Shown here: one piece after another, positions 11,379 through 25,400 of the stretch
Layout: each line of letters opens with the position of its first letter
Position numbering within the stretch: position 1 is the stretch's first letter
Assembly: GCA_040954595.2 (NCBI GenBank)
Contig: CM082587.2
Location: 62,001 to 126,000 of the forward strand
Source: Balanoglossus misakiensis
Taxonomy: Eukaryota > Animalia > Hemichordata
DNA length: 64,000 nucleotides
Direction of reading: 5' to 3'
The notes under the pieces: model-generated
Seen by the model: the letters and a program-made list of their open reading frames with translations, nothing else
Database searches by the model: none
Told to the model about the DNA's origin: nothing
Made by a program: the position numbers and the translations under genes

Positions 11379-13697
11379 ACTGTAATCCCAGAGTCACGCT
11401 GTGAAATAGATCCCGGGTCGAATCAAACTAAGGATTCCATTAACAACTTGGATGAATCAAATGCTGGTCAACAGATCGATGACTTATATAACATAGAAAG
11501 TGATAAAGATAGATTTGCTGAATATCACGTCTGCGAAGACAAATTCAACACTGGCGTCGATACAGGTGATTTCAATAAAAGGCCCCCTGAGGAGGAACAT
11601 ACAAAACTCAGGGAAATCAAAAGAAAAGCGAAGGGATTTCTGGGAAGAATTTTACCCAGACACAGAAAGAAGGAAAATACCATCGATCACATTCAGGCTA
11701 CAGACACTGTCACAGAATCAGAAATAACTAAGAACGTTCACGAATCAGCACAGGAAGGGGAAGATCTGTGTCACAGCACAGATGTATCTGATAACGACGA
11801 TATTTATATTGATCCAATGTTAGTTTTAAAATTTAGAGACGGATATGTCGAAGAGGGTGATTTGGGGGATTCCTCCGATAGTGAGTACATTTGTACCGTT
11901 CGAAAATCGCCCGATCAACAAAGACGAACTAAAAATTCAAAATCCGACGTGAATAAGATAAGCGAGAAAATACAGTCTGGTCAACTCCGTGTGAGCTTTG
12001 TTAATTCGTTGATCAAAAAGCTAGAAGAAAACGCAGTGTCGAATATGAAACAAAACAATATTGAATTGTTGAAAGCAGAGCCAATTTATTTAGACCTAAC
12101 GGCAGACCTTAATCCTCCCTTTGTGCATCTCGGGGGTACAAAACCTGCCTACTGTGACGATGGCAAGGTTGTTGACTTGATTACACCAGAAGCATCGGAC
12201 GAAGAGATGGCACCTGGCGATGCAGACTATCCTTCATTATCCTGTGACAGACGCAAAACATGTGGAAATTCGACAACAGTTAACTTTATTCCATGGAGTA
12301 AACCACCAATGAAGGATTACGTAAGGGTAGGTATACCTTCATCCAGATGCATGAATTGACTTTGTATTCATAAAATTCTCCAGGAATCATACCGGGGATA
12401 TAATTTCAGAGATCACTCGGACCATTAATCCACAAGAGAAATTCTGCCAACAAAAGTTGCCAATCTTCTTGGATTCCTGACGAAATATGCTTGAGTAGTA
12501 TAGACGATCTCAAAAATCACTGAAATTATGGCATAAGTTTATATTTATACACAAAGCAGTAAGTGCTTCAAAACATGAATTGTCCGAAAAGCAGACTACG
12601 TCAGATGTAGAGAGGACAACAGTAGAATAGAAATTATGGCGATAACGTGGGTTTGCTATTCATATTATCGACAGTCTTCTTTGAATAAGGAATATTAAAT
12701 ATTTTTTAATCTCCTAGAGATAACACATTTCTTAAAGGGAAGAGGGGCGGCTTGTGTCTCCTAAGAGGTTGGTTAGCCAATAGAAGTTATTTTCACCAAG
12801 CAGAAATTATGCCATTAAGGGATTTTACCTGAACTCCACGAAGCAATTTCATTTCTAGTGCATCAAAACATGAATTGTTGGGAAATTGCTAAGCTTGCTG
12901 CACTTCCCATGTGACCACATCAAAACTATTGAAGTTCAAGTACGAAGCGCTATTGACCCAATGACTTTCAGATAGCCGAGTGCACATTCTTGTATACATG
13001 GCTGTACTACAAATGTTCAGACCTGGCCATGTGGTAAAAGCACTTACGTTTGTAGTTTTCTTGGGTTTAGCAAAATCGCTCGACTTACGATTGGCAAAAA
13101 TGATTTCAATTGGCCAACCAACCTCCTAGGAGACACATGTGAATACCAGCCATGGAGATGCCCGCTTTCAGTTGCATATTCTGTCATAAGCAGGTTGACC
13201 AGCCACCAGCATTGCCGCCAAGACCACCCTTACCACCGAAAAGGCCAATGCAACCAACATCTGATTCAGTTCGATACTTTTTTGGAGATGCCTTGGAGGA
13301 GACAACTTTGCTGCCTGGCAAACAGAAAGACTTCTGCATGGAGGAAACTTGGGACAGTAGTTTATTTGGCGAGAACTTGGGAAATAGTAGTTTTCTATTT
13401 GGCAAAAACAAGAAAGGTGAAGAGAAGACTCCTCCAATATTTGAAGATTTGATTTTGCATTCTGATGAGAAGAGCAACCTCGATGACAAGGACTGTTGTA
13501 CAGAGAGCGTTACACCTGTCCTCAAACTTGAACCAACTGTCAATGAAGTGTGTAAACAGAAACTGGGGCAACATGATTCAGGGTTTGGAGAAATGATGTG
13601 CACCCAAAATATACAAAAAACAACTCGATGCGATGAGCTAGTCTTGGGGCCTATCAGAAAATTGAACATACCTAGTATATTTCTGCATGCCATATGA
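464..13697 (+). CDS. Single-pass Ig-superfamily/mucin-stalk receptor with RPTP-like juxtamembrane domain and long disordered cytoplasmic tail (5' end outside window)
   Basis: Phase-consistent exons: 464-609, 794-902, 1425-1565, 1720-1845, 2617-2821, 3943-4048, 6178-6349, 6693-6734, 7190-9433, 9795-9984, 10406-10557, 10807-12320 (or 12326), 13194-13697. Ig motifs LACII..VTWYKD / DSGNYTCRATNPIG and GLPTPDITW / DTGVYTLTAINSEG. LTVGDGEVY..NWPLRPRAWY resembles the RPTP membrane-proximal domain. Ser/Thr-rich 2.2-kb exon; TM IVALVTSVAALSLVLAALVFTCIYMVIC followed by RKPRSR. Confidence 0.8.
5145..5941 (+). repeat. Two ~37-bp direct repeats (5145-5181 and 5905-5941) in a TE-rich intron
   Basis: gactttgtggaacctaaaaaacattttcactggttgt vs gacttcgtggaacctacaaaaccttttcactggttgt. 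Confidence 0.65.
7190..9433 (+). CDS. Large mucin-like (Ser/Thr-rich) stalk exon of the receptor gene
   Basis: Within the 762-aa ORF 7171-9459; acceptor atttcacag|7190, donor G|gtacgt after 9433; phase 1-1; many N-x-S/T sequons. Confidence 0.85.
8236..8680 (+). repeat. Coding (TCA/CCA)n trinucleotide array: poly-Ser/Pro with a duplicated LKSTKTTTTATKRRTTT unit
   Basis: Directly visible tcatcatca/ccacca runs; ttaaaatcaacaaaaacaacaaccacagccacaaaaagaagaacaacaaca occurs at ~8488 and ~8614. Confidence 0.95.
10807..12326 (+). CDS. Large cytoplasmic-tail exon of the receptor gene (acidic, disordered, Tyr motifs)
   Basis: Within the 584-aa ORF 10605-12359; acceptor acacag|10807 in phase 1, matching the donor after 10557; poly-Asp, DDLYNI, DDIYIDP, EPIYLDL, ADYPSL. 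Confidence 0.75.
11331..11378 (+). repeat. Coding (GAT)16 poly-Asp microsatellite
   Basis: Perfect gat repeat inside ORF 10605-12359. Confidence 0.95.
12753..13137. mobile_element. MITE-like element with ~46-bp imperfect terminal inverted repeats in the last intron of the receptor gene
   Basis: Left end tgtgtctcctaagaggttggttagccaatagaagttattttcacca; reverse complement of right end tgtgtctcctaggaggttggttggccaattgaaatcatttttgcca. Confidence 0.75.
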
Positions 13698-13919
13698 TGA
13701 TAAAGATAGCAATCCACATGTATCTTCACATTTTATGCATGTATTTAATGTCTATGTGATCATAATCTGAACACCTGATGTAACATCACACCATATGTCA
13801 TTTGATGCACAGAATCCTGGAAGATTGTTGTTGTTGTTTTTTCTTCACTGTAAATATGTTACCGACTCTTGAGCTGTGAACACTGGAAATGCTGAGTTCT
13901 TCATCATGTCTCTACCAGT

Positions 13920-15853
<1,934 letters not shown>

Positions 15854-16475
15854 CGCTAAGGCTTTCAGTCAAGAGGCCTTGGGAAGTTTGAATGCAACAC
15901 ACGTATAAAATAGTTCACGTGAGATGTAAATGAACACACAGCAAATGACACGTACACGAACGTACGAGTGCTGTTGAAATTAACTACACGACAGTAAAGC
16001 GCCGTTGTCCATGACGGATATATGCACGATCGGTGGGAATTTACTTTTTTCATTTGTGGCTCACCTTCGTCGCTATCCCAATGATGTCAACACTGGTCAA
16101 GGGTCATATTAGCTATCACGCGTACCACTTCCTCGTTTTGTTCCTGACAATACCACTTTTACGGTAGGGCTTTTCTCTAGAAAGGAAAAATCTATGATGC
16201 ACCACAGTATCTACTGATAGACAATAATTTATATGAAAATATATTTAAAATCTGACTGAAATAATTTTAAGATTATCGAAATAAGTCACAAGATTTTAAG
16301 TATAATAATGGTCAAATCTAATAGCTCACATTTACCCTACTATCAATGGTATAATCCACCCAACAGGCCCAGCGCGAGAGAGGCGGAGATGGATGTATAT
16401 TTCCACCGATGGTGTTGTTGTTGATAGAGATTGATTGTTACAGTTTATACATAAACATTGGGGGAAATTTCGATC
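15854..16475. promoter_or_regulatory. Putative bidirectional promoter between C1orf53-like and DENND1
   Basis: Divergent start codons at 15853 (-) and 16476 (+), about 620 bp apart; locally CpG-enriched. Confidence 0.6.
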
Positions 16476-19400
16476 ATGGGTTGTCGTGTGAGGTAAGGGA
16501 TGTATTCTAAGTTATTTTCTATCGGCTATTCCTCAAAATCGTAATTATTTGACTCAAGACCTGTCAGTCTTGTATGTGTTCAAACCCAAATCAAATGAAA
16601 AGAGACGATTTGGCGTATATTGTATGTGGTGTATCGTTTCCGGCTTCGCGTGAAAAGTACCGTGAACATTTTCTGATTGCTGTTCCCAACGCCGAGCCAC
16701 CAATTTTGGCAACGACGTCTGATAGACGATTCATCGAAGATGTGAATCACGAACAAACGAATTTTGATTCAGTCTCGAGAAAACTAAGGCGGTCGACAAA
16801 CCGAAGTATGCCCTGTCAAAATTTACAACCCACATTTTTAAAATCATGTAAATGCATGAATTATCTACTAAAATTATTTGCACGTGATATATTATACATT
16901 TATTCGCCATTTCTTTACGAAGAACACGTTCAATAATTATATGCCCTAAAAGGGGCGTGTCTAACTCAAATTGAAATAGTAGAAAATAAACATTTCTATG
17001 TCAAACACATTCTTGCAAGCCACTGAGCTTTTAATAATTCTGACTCATAATGCCCAAGAAACATTAAGGCTATAGAGTGTTAAGACATTAAGTTTTAGAC
17101 TTTAATCAGTAAGAAATATAATATGTAAAAACATGATTTATGAATCAGACGCTTCCTTTTCAAGATATCGCCAATGAATGTGTGCGCACTGCACCAGTCA
17201 TTTAGAGAATCAGACCAATATGTATTTTAGTAAATTGCATATTTATATTTGTTCAGTTTGCTGGGTAATCAGTGTATTTACTGTAAGTGTAAGCAAATGC
17301 AAAAAGCTTCATGGCACCTGAAGACAGTTGCAGCATGGTGGTGAAAACATTTCTCCTTTGCAAGCAGTCTTCTCAGCAGATTTATGACAATGTTGCAAAC
17401 ACCATTTACATTACTAAACCAAAGAACATGGACATACCACAAAATAGATCGCTCCTTGTACAGGTGTATGGGCCCACAATGACCTCCAGTTTTTGAAATC
17501 TTTAATTAAATAAAAGTAGTTCAGAAATGCACTTGGATTCCCTTATTTGAATAGAGATACAATATATGATAATTTAATTACATCATATGTTCTTTGTGTT
17601 TTAAAATTGCAGAGAGAACCCAGACCACATAATAGAATGTCTGGTGGAAGTCAGTGCCCCAAAGGATAATGATTCAGGTCAGTTATTTCAATATTCCAAA
17701 ATATAGACAGTAAAACATGTCTAATCTGGAAACCTGTCTATACTGAACACATTTGCACGTCCCTTTGACATATATCCACAAGTTAAAAGAACCTGTATAA
17801 ACCACACATCTCTTTAAACCGAACAGTTTCTTCAGTCCCTTTGGTATTTGGTTTTGACAGGTTTTACTGTATATGAATTATGTGAATGATATATGAATTA
17901 TGCAAATCTGTATTACTCTAATGGACACAGTTCATTCAAATCCTACATGATCATCCTCAGAACCAGAGATAGTGCGTGTTTTTCCAGAAGATTATGATGA
18001 CGAAGGGGCACTAAAGCAAATTCCTGGGTTTTGCTTTCCAGTTGATACTTCCAGGTAAGTGATGCGTGTGTGTTTATATACATGTATGCATGCATGCATG
18101 CATTTATATGTATATACAATTAGTAGCATTATGATAGAATCAAAACTTAAGGTAGTATGTGCCTTGCAAATCAAAGTCTTGAAACTTTTTGTTTCATATC
18201 TTGCTAAGGATAACTTTATATTATGGGAATACAGCATCCTTGACAGTATTCTCTGTGACTTTTCACGTTCCATTTCTCTTAACAGCTACAGCCCAGCTGG
18301 TCAGCTTTTTACATTTGTGTTGACTGAATTAGATGGTACATATCGCTTTGGATTTTGCCGGCATCCCCCAGGAGCACAGACCTGTCTATGTATTCTGAGG
18401 TACAATTTCATGTACTTATCCTTGAGACTCCACACAATTGGGAAATTGTTAAAATGTGTGAATGAGCCTTTTGATGCCATTGACATTGACTAATGGCGTC
18501 ACAGCCACTTATTAAGCTTCCAAGGGTGAAAAAATACAAGATAAGTAAAATTTTGTCAATTAATTTCAGATTTCTTCCTGACTTCAATATTTTCACCATA
18601 TTTTCACAGTCAGGTTTGTTTAAATGGCTGCAATTATTTCCTTGGACAATGTTTTTGAATGTCAGTTTAAATTGAAATGCAGAACAATCATTTCTGGTGA
18701 CTCACTGTATCTCAACTGGAAGCAGATAAAATTGTGTTCTCTTGCTTGGAATTGAAATTTTCACAATACACTTTTCAAAATATTAGTTAAGTGAGACAGA
18801 AAGATACCTACATATTTCTTTTTCATAATCCTTTTGAATTTTGCTATGTGGTCTCTAAAATCAGCTTATGTAGCATTTCATTGAGTGGATGGCCCATCAG
18901 CATGATCAGTGGTTTTGGTTTTCATGAGCTCTGAGTCTCTGTTGGGGAGGCTTTGGCGGATCCTATTTTGTTTGTTTACATTGTTATGGATATTGTGTTG
19001 GAGACATTGAGTGATGGTGTATGACGTGATTTATGTACTGTAGCTTTAACAGTGTGTGAAACTAGCCTTCATCATACTTGATTACAAATATACAGAAGAA
19101 TGTCATAACCATTTTAAATTAGTTTTCTTGTATTCAATTTTTTGCAGTTATTTACCATGGTTTGAAATATTTTACAAGTTTCTCAACACCCTGGGAGAAC
19201 TTATGTGCAAGAAACAGGTGAGATGGTGCATCATTCATCAGCCATCACCTTGGGACACATACCATAATTCAGTCTGCAATAAAGAGAAATGCCCGGCTTA
19301 AATAAAGTGTGCTTTCTGAATGATGTATTCATATTTGATAGGCATGTTAGCCCTTGATGAATCAAACAATGCTAAATAAAGCCAGATATAAACTGAATAT

Positions 19401-22400
19401 GTTTGTGTGTTTTGAAATTAAGAAGTGAAAATATACAAATAAGCAATGAAATGTCTTCTGATATGTTTTTTCAGGATAATGATGCCATAGTTCTTGTCGA
19501 TGCACTGCATTCCTACCCTGTCCCAGAGCCAACGACAATAGTCACCATCAAGACTCGCATAGAGGGGGTGGTATGTCTAGACTTAAACTATCACACTAAA
19601 CTCACATTTGAACACCTACAGACATACCTAACAAGTCCATAGTTCAATTGTGCATGACGCTTTTCATTCCAGAATTTATTTTAATATACGCAAATTTTTA
19701 TTGCATGCCACCATGTATTCATGCATGTGAACAGTTACTGTCAAACCATATCCTTTTTTTTAATTTTGGAATACTCACACATTTTAAGTTCTATCGTTTT
19801 GGTTGAGTAATGGGTGTAATAGTTGCATGTGTTGTTTTTGTTCGTTTTCTACTCTCTATAGGGATCATCTTCCATACCTATCACTGATCAGGTAGTGTAC
19901 AATATCAGTGTTTTACCCATTTAACACAGTGTGAACACGAAAAGGCCTTTGATAATCATTATTAGATATAGATAATGATGTATCTTGCTTATTCTCAAGT
20001 TGCATATTTTACTGAAAGAAAACATTTCTTTAGTTTCTTTACCCTGTTAAATGAAACAGTCACTAGTCTAATGCATTTGGGAGGTTTGTTAAAAAAATCC
20101 ATTTCTCAGAAGCTGCTGATTTGTTTAATTTGCAGTTTTGTTTGCAGGGCCCAAGGGATGTCATTATAATATGCTAATTTTGCATTTAAGTTTGTATTAT
20201 TGAAAGAAGACAAGCAGGGAATTGAGAGTTCTTTATCATGTGATAAAGCTTTGAATCCTTGTAATGCTAATATTTTTTCTCTCCATATTTGCAGGATTTC
20301 TCATTTGCCACTCCAGATCCCCAAAAATTGCCAACCATTCCAGAAAGTGTAAGTACATCACACAATTTTTCCATCTTTAATTTTTTTTTTAAAGATGTGC
20401 CGAAATGAACTAGTCAAGTTCGTGGCCCTGAGTATACTTGTGATTATTCTATATGTTGATAATCTGTTGTTTCATGTGAAGATAATTGCAGTTTAAAAAC
20501 AAATGTGATTTGAGAAGAAAATTTGTATTATTGAGATATAATATAATTGTTTTTGAATCCTCTTAATTTACTTAAATTCATATTTCATATTTGCAAAATG
20601 TCTACTGTGTGTAGAGAAACAAAAAATAATACTTTTAGATGACAAGTTGCAGCAGTTTTCTGTGTGAGTAAATGGCAAACAGCAAACAATCACATTTTTT
20701 GTACATTTCCAACTTGTCATCAAATGAGAACTCTCATCTTATGTACATTATTTGGTTTTCTATTTTCAGAGAAACATAACAGAATATTATAATGCTGTAG
20801 ACTTACAAAATATGATGATATTATTTGCAAGGTAAGAAACTAAAAACCCTTACTATGGTAATGGTTCTATTTCATTTTGTTATTTCATTGATAAACAGAG
20901 ATACAAAATACTATGATTCAGTGTTGCTTGGAGTTGCCAAAACAGTAATACAAATCCTGTAGAGGCCACATTTGATCCTTCAAATTTCATATAATTTTCT
21001 CATTTCAGCTTGTTTTATGAACGAAGAGTTTTGGTGACTTCAAAGAAGCTGAGTCTGGTGAGTCATCAATACACCCTTTTCATAAGTCTAGCACCCTCAC
21101 ACAGCCATCATCATGTATTTGAACTCAATGGGAATTCAATAGAGAAAAGTTGATCAGTTATGTCAAGGGTGTTTCTCCATTGGCCTCGATATGAGTTCAA
21201 AGTCATTATGGCAGGCTTCTGTCAAAATTCTGGAGAAAACACTGGTAGACATGTTGTTAACTATGTGTTTTAATTATCCAGTGCCTTTTTTAATGATTCC
21301 TCTGTTAAATTTACAGCTCACAGCAATAATTCATGGTGCAGCTACATTGCTCTATCCATTATATTGGCAGCATATCTTTATTCCTGTGATACCTTCCAAA
21401 CTGTTGGACTATTGTTGTGCACCTATGCCATTCCTGATTGGTGTGCATTCATCTCTCATGGCGGTAAGTGTATGTTTGTGGGAGTTTCCATGTTTGTCTT
21501 TGATGAGAAGTTCGTCTTTGATAAAAAAAAATGTGCACCAACTTAAAGAACCATGTCCAGTGCATTTCAATAGAGACAAACAATCTCTAGAATTTGTCTA
21601 TTATTACCTCAATTTCTACCATTGGGATTTCATATTAGTTGCACCTCATACCTCATGCACTCTCAGCTACCAGCATGCATCCTAGCTATTGATATCAGAG
21701 GTGTTTGTAGCTCAGTTTTCATTTACTGTCTGCAAGTAAACTCACTCTATGTTTTACTAGCTTCTACATACATGGTAACATGGACGTGGAAGCAGATTTC
21801 ACCTGTGTTCATGATTTTGTAATCCACTGTCAACTAGTTAAGTGACATGAAGTTGTTTTCCTTTGATTGTTCTGGGTTGTGCTGTTTAAATTCTGAGTAT
21901 CATTATCTTGCAGCAAGCACGAAAAAAAGCAGCAGAGCAGACTATGGAAATTGTAATCCTGGATGCAGACAATAATACGATAGAGACACCATTCGACGAT
22001 TTAGAATCACTTCCATCAGATATTGTAAGCCTTTTTTTGTCTATCCCAGCTCTTTCAAAACTTTGTCTACAGTTTTTTCAGAATTTCAACCTTAAACATT
22101 TCTTTGGAGTGTACAGATTTTTGCTAAGAATTTCTTATTTCATCTGTCATATTTTCACCAGATTCAAATCACTAATAGGTTTTGCGGATGAAATTGTTGT
22201 TTAGACTTTTATGATATCCAATACAAAGATTGAATAAGAAAGAAGGGGAGAGAGTTCAGTTTGTAAAAGTCTAGTGGAAACCCAAAGTTAATGCCCCAAG
22301 AGCTGCCGATTTTTGCATTATTTTCATGATTTTACTTTCCAACATAGATTGGCCCATTTAATAAGCATACTGATAGGGACACATGCACATCTTATCGATG

Positions 22401-25400
22401 CCTGATTGTGGATGTATGCCGGCTGCCGCACCTGTTTTATCGGTCCACATATAAAGCGAACACAAATATCATGGCATGCCTCGTCAAGAGATGACAAACT
22501 GATGCAATTTCAAGTAATATGTGATGAGTTTAAAGCACAGGGAGAAGATTTGAAGTGTTTTATTGTGGAAAAAATATGTGAAATTTGGCAGTTCATTTAT
22601 ATTTCCTTTCTCACAGCAACTGATGCAAAGTTGAAAATTAACAATATTGCAGTTGTATTCTGGGTAATACTAGTATCTGTTTCTTGCCCATTTATTTGCA
22701 TGTGACCATTGACTTATTCAGACTGAAAAGATGAAGCACAGATTAAAGAAAACTGAGAGGCTGCTAGATGATGGTGTAGCCAGGATATTTTTGAAAGCTT
22801 TAGTACCACTTCTGGGCGCATACAGACAGGCATTGAGACTCAAACAAGTGAGTATTGTAGTTCTTAATTTTTGGGGAGCTGATTACTTAGTTTCCCAGAC
22901 AAATATATGTGGATTTTATTTTCGCTTAAAACAATGTATTGTGCTTCAGTTGAAATGTATGGCAGAATCCTTTATTTAACTTAAGCATCTTATACATATA
23001 CATTATCTAAATATGCTTGTGTTTGTCATCACAACAGGGTGAAAATATAAATTTTGATCCAGATATATTTGTTCTGTCCAAGTCCAGCTCCATGAGACGT
23101 ATTTTAGAAAAAATGATGGCTTTCCAGCATTTCAGGCAGGTCAGTAGGTGGTGTGTGCAGTCTTATTTCCACAGATTATGACCAAGCTTAGGCTTCATAT
23201 AAATTGAGTGTGGAATAACCCCGGTCCTGTGTGATCCACATATCTCATTAGTTGAACTCTGAAATTTAAATTAGCCTTGGAAATGACAACACTGTCCCAT
23301 ATAAAGAATTCATTAACCCTGGGAAAAGTACCCACTTGTAAACAGATGCATGTATGATATCCCATTGAAACCCATGTATTCACATAAGACATAGTGACAG
23401 CACTGTACAAACACCGAGTAGCATATACATGTACCTAATTAAATAATTACTGACTGTCATAGAACAAATGTTTACTTATAGTTTATTGAGGGTCGCCTGG
23501 ACATGCTGAATTCTGGGAAAGGCTTTAATGATCTTTTTGAAGAGGAATGCGACTTGGCAGAGCAAGATAAAGGTCAGTTTTAACAGTCTGTCACGGAAAT
23601 ATATTTTATTTTGTTATCACTTTTTTCATCTCTTCAATAAATATTCACACAACTCTTCTCAATAGATAAAATGAAAATCATGTATCGCCAGTGGATAAAG
23701 GACACAAGAAATGTCATGAACAAGATGACCAGTAAGGTAAGTGTAGAAAAGACAGACATTGACTTGTGTGAACATACATGTCCTGTGTATGTATCAGGGT
23801 TGTAGACAGAGTTATGAGTGGACATCTGTATTCTCTTCGGCTCTCTTCGTGAATTTCTTCAGAATACATCCTACACGTACCAATATTTTGTAGCTATGCA
23901 TGACTTCAATTTGCCAATGATTTCTCATCTCACATGCCTAAATGTCACACTTCAACACCATGGCATCTATTTTCAATCATAAATTTCTTGGTCAAGTAAA
24001 TATATTGCATCAATGGAAAGCTCTGTATAAATATTATTCTGGTCTCCTAAAAATCTAGTACCAGAAGTGTTCGTTTGTCACAAACCTCACAAGCTACCTT
24101 ATTGGCCAGGGTACTTGGCATTTCAACATTCCATGGTAATAAAAACCAAAGTTCCATAAAACCTGTCAAAAGTCAGAGCTGTTGCCACTACACTGCTTGT
24201 TATGTGTGATATATTTAGATGCTTGAATTACCAAATTCACTCACTTTATCCTGGTTTATCATGTGTCTATACATACTGCCGCTTCTCATCTTTGTCTGCA
24301 TTCAACATCTTCTTTCCCTCTAGGCAAACCCTGCTATGAGACAAATGTATAAACAGGTAACACAGTAATTTCATCTCTGTGAAGTATACCAGGTTTGGAA
24401 CTGTTACTGTAATAGACATGGTAACAGTTTCAGTCTTTGCCAAATTGAGTTTTATACCATTATTCACATCACTTTAGAGAGTCTTAGCATGAATCTGCAC
24501 ATACCTTATAGGACAGTGATAAAAGATTTACATATTTAAATTGGTCCCTTTCTCTGTGTTTTGTGATACATGTAATAGTCAACAGCAAATAATAGAAATT
24601 GTAATTTGTCTGTAAGTGTAAATGACTGTAACATGATTTGAACTATTTTGGAATGAATGCATGGAAATAATAAATGATTCCTAATTAAGCTGAGAACTAC
24701 TTGTTTGTAAACGATAGTGTTGCCAATAATTGTGTGAGTGACAGAAGGTGAGACCAAAATGAAATATCTGAAGATGTTGCATCATTATAATATATTCTAT
24801 TTGGCATTAATTTTGATGACAAAACAGTGTTAGTTTTATATCATAGAAATTAGAAGGCCTACATCCATCCATCAACTGAGCTAAAGCTACGCACAGTATG
24901 TGGTTGTTGTTGTTTTTTCAAATAAGGAAGCTGTCATGGAAGGAAACATTTTTATTAGCCTAAGAAACCTGCATAAACCCAATGGCAAAAACTGACTGAG
25001 TCTTTTTGAGTTTTCAGAGTGATGGTGGCATACATGTTTCAAAGAAGGGAAAGATACATGCATAAAGATGGCAAGTCTGTTCCCTGTTCAATAATATATT
25101 TGAATGTTTATTTCATCTTTCAGACAAAGAAGAAGATGATAGCCATGCAGAATAGATTCAGTCACCCTAGTAAATCAAAGGTAAATCTAAGTTCATCATC
25201 CATGCTTGAAAATGCACCAAGACAGATCAAAACTGATAGTGATACTAGTGGTTGTGGCTTGCATAATTATTTTGTGGTCAAATATTTCATCCACGGTTAT
25301 CTGCACAACATTTGAAAATGGCAATATGATAAATGTCACATATGCGCACATGACCATGTTCACCCTTTTCACTGTAAAATGCTGTGTGGTTTCTGTAGGA

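Noticed and set aside
13184-13729. 181-aa antisense ORF
   Set aside because: Shadow of the receptor's last coding exon; no independent coding signal.
16574-16936. 120-aa ORF in DENND1 intron 1
   Set aside because: No recognisable motifs or splice support; exon 1 joins 17613 in phase.
19354-19400. Box C/D-like motifs (TGATGA...CTGA) in a DENND1 intron
   Set aside because: Too short, no terminal stem, and expected by chance in AT-rich DNA.
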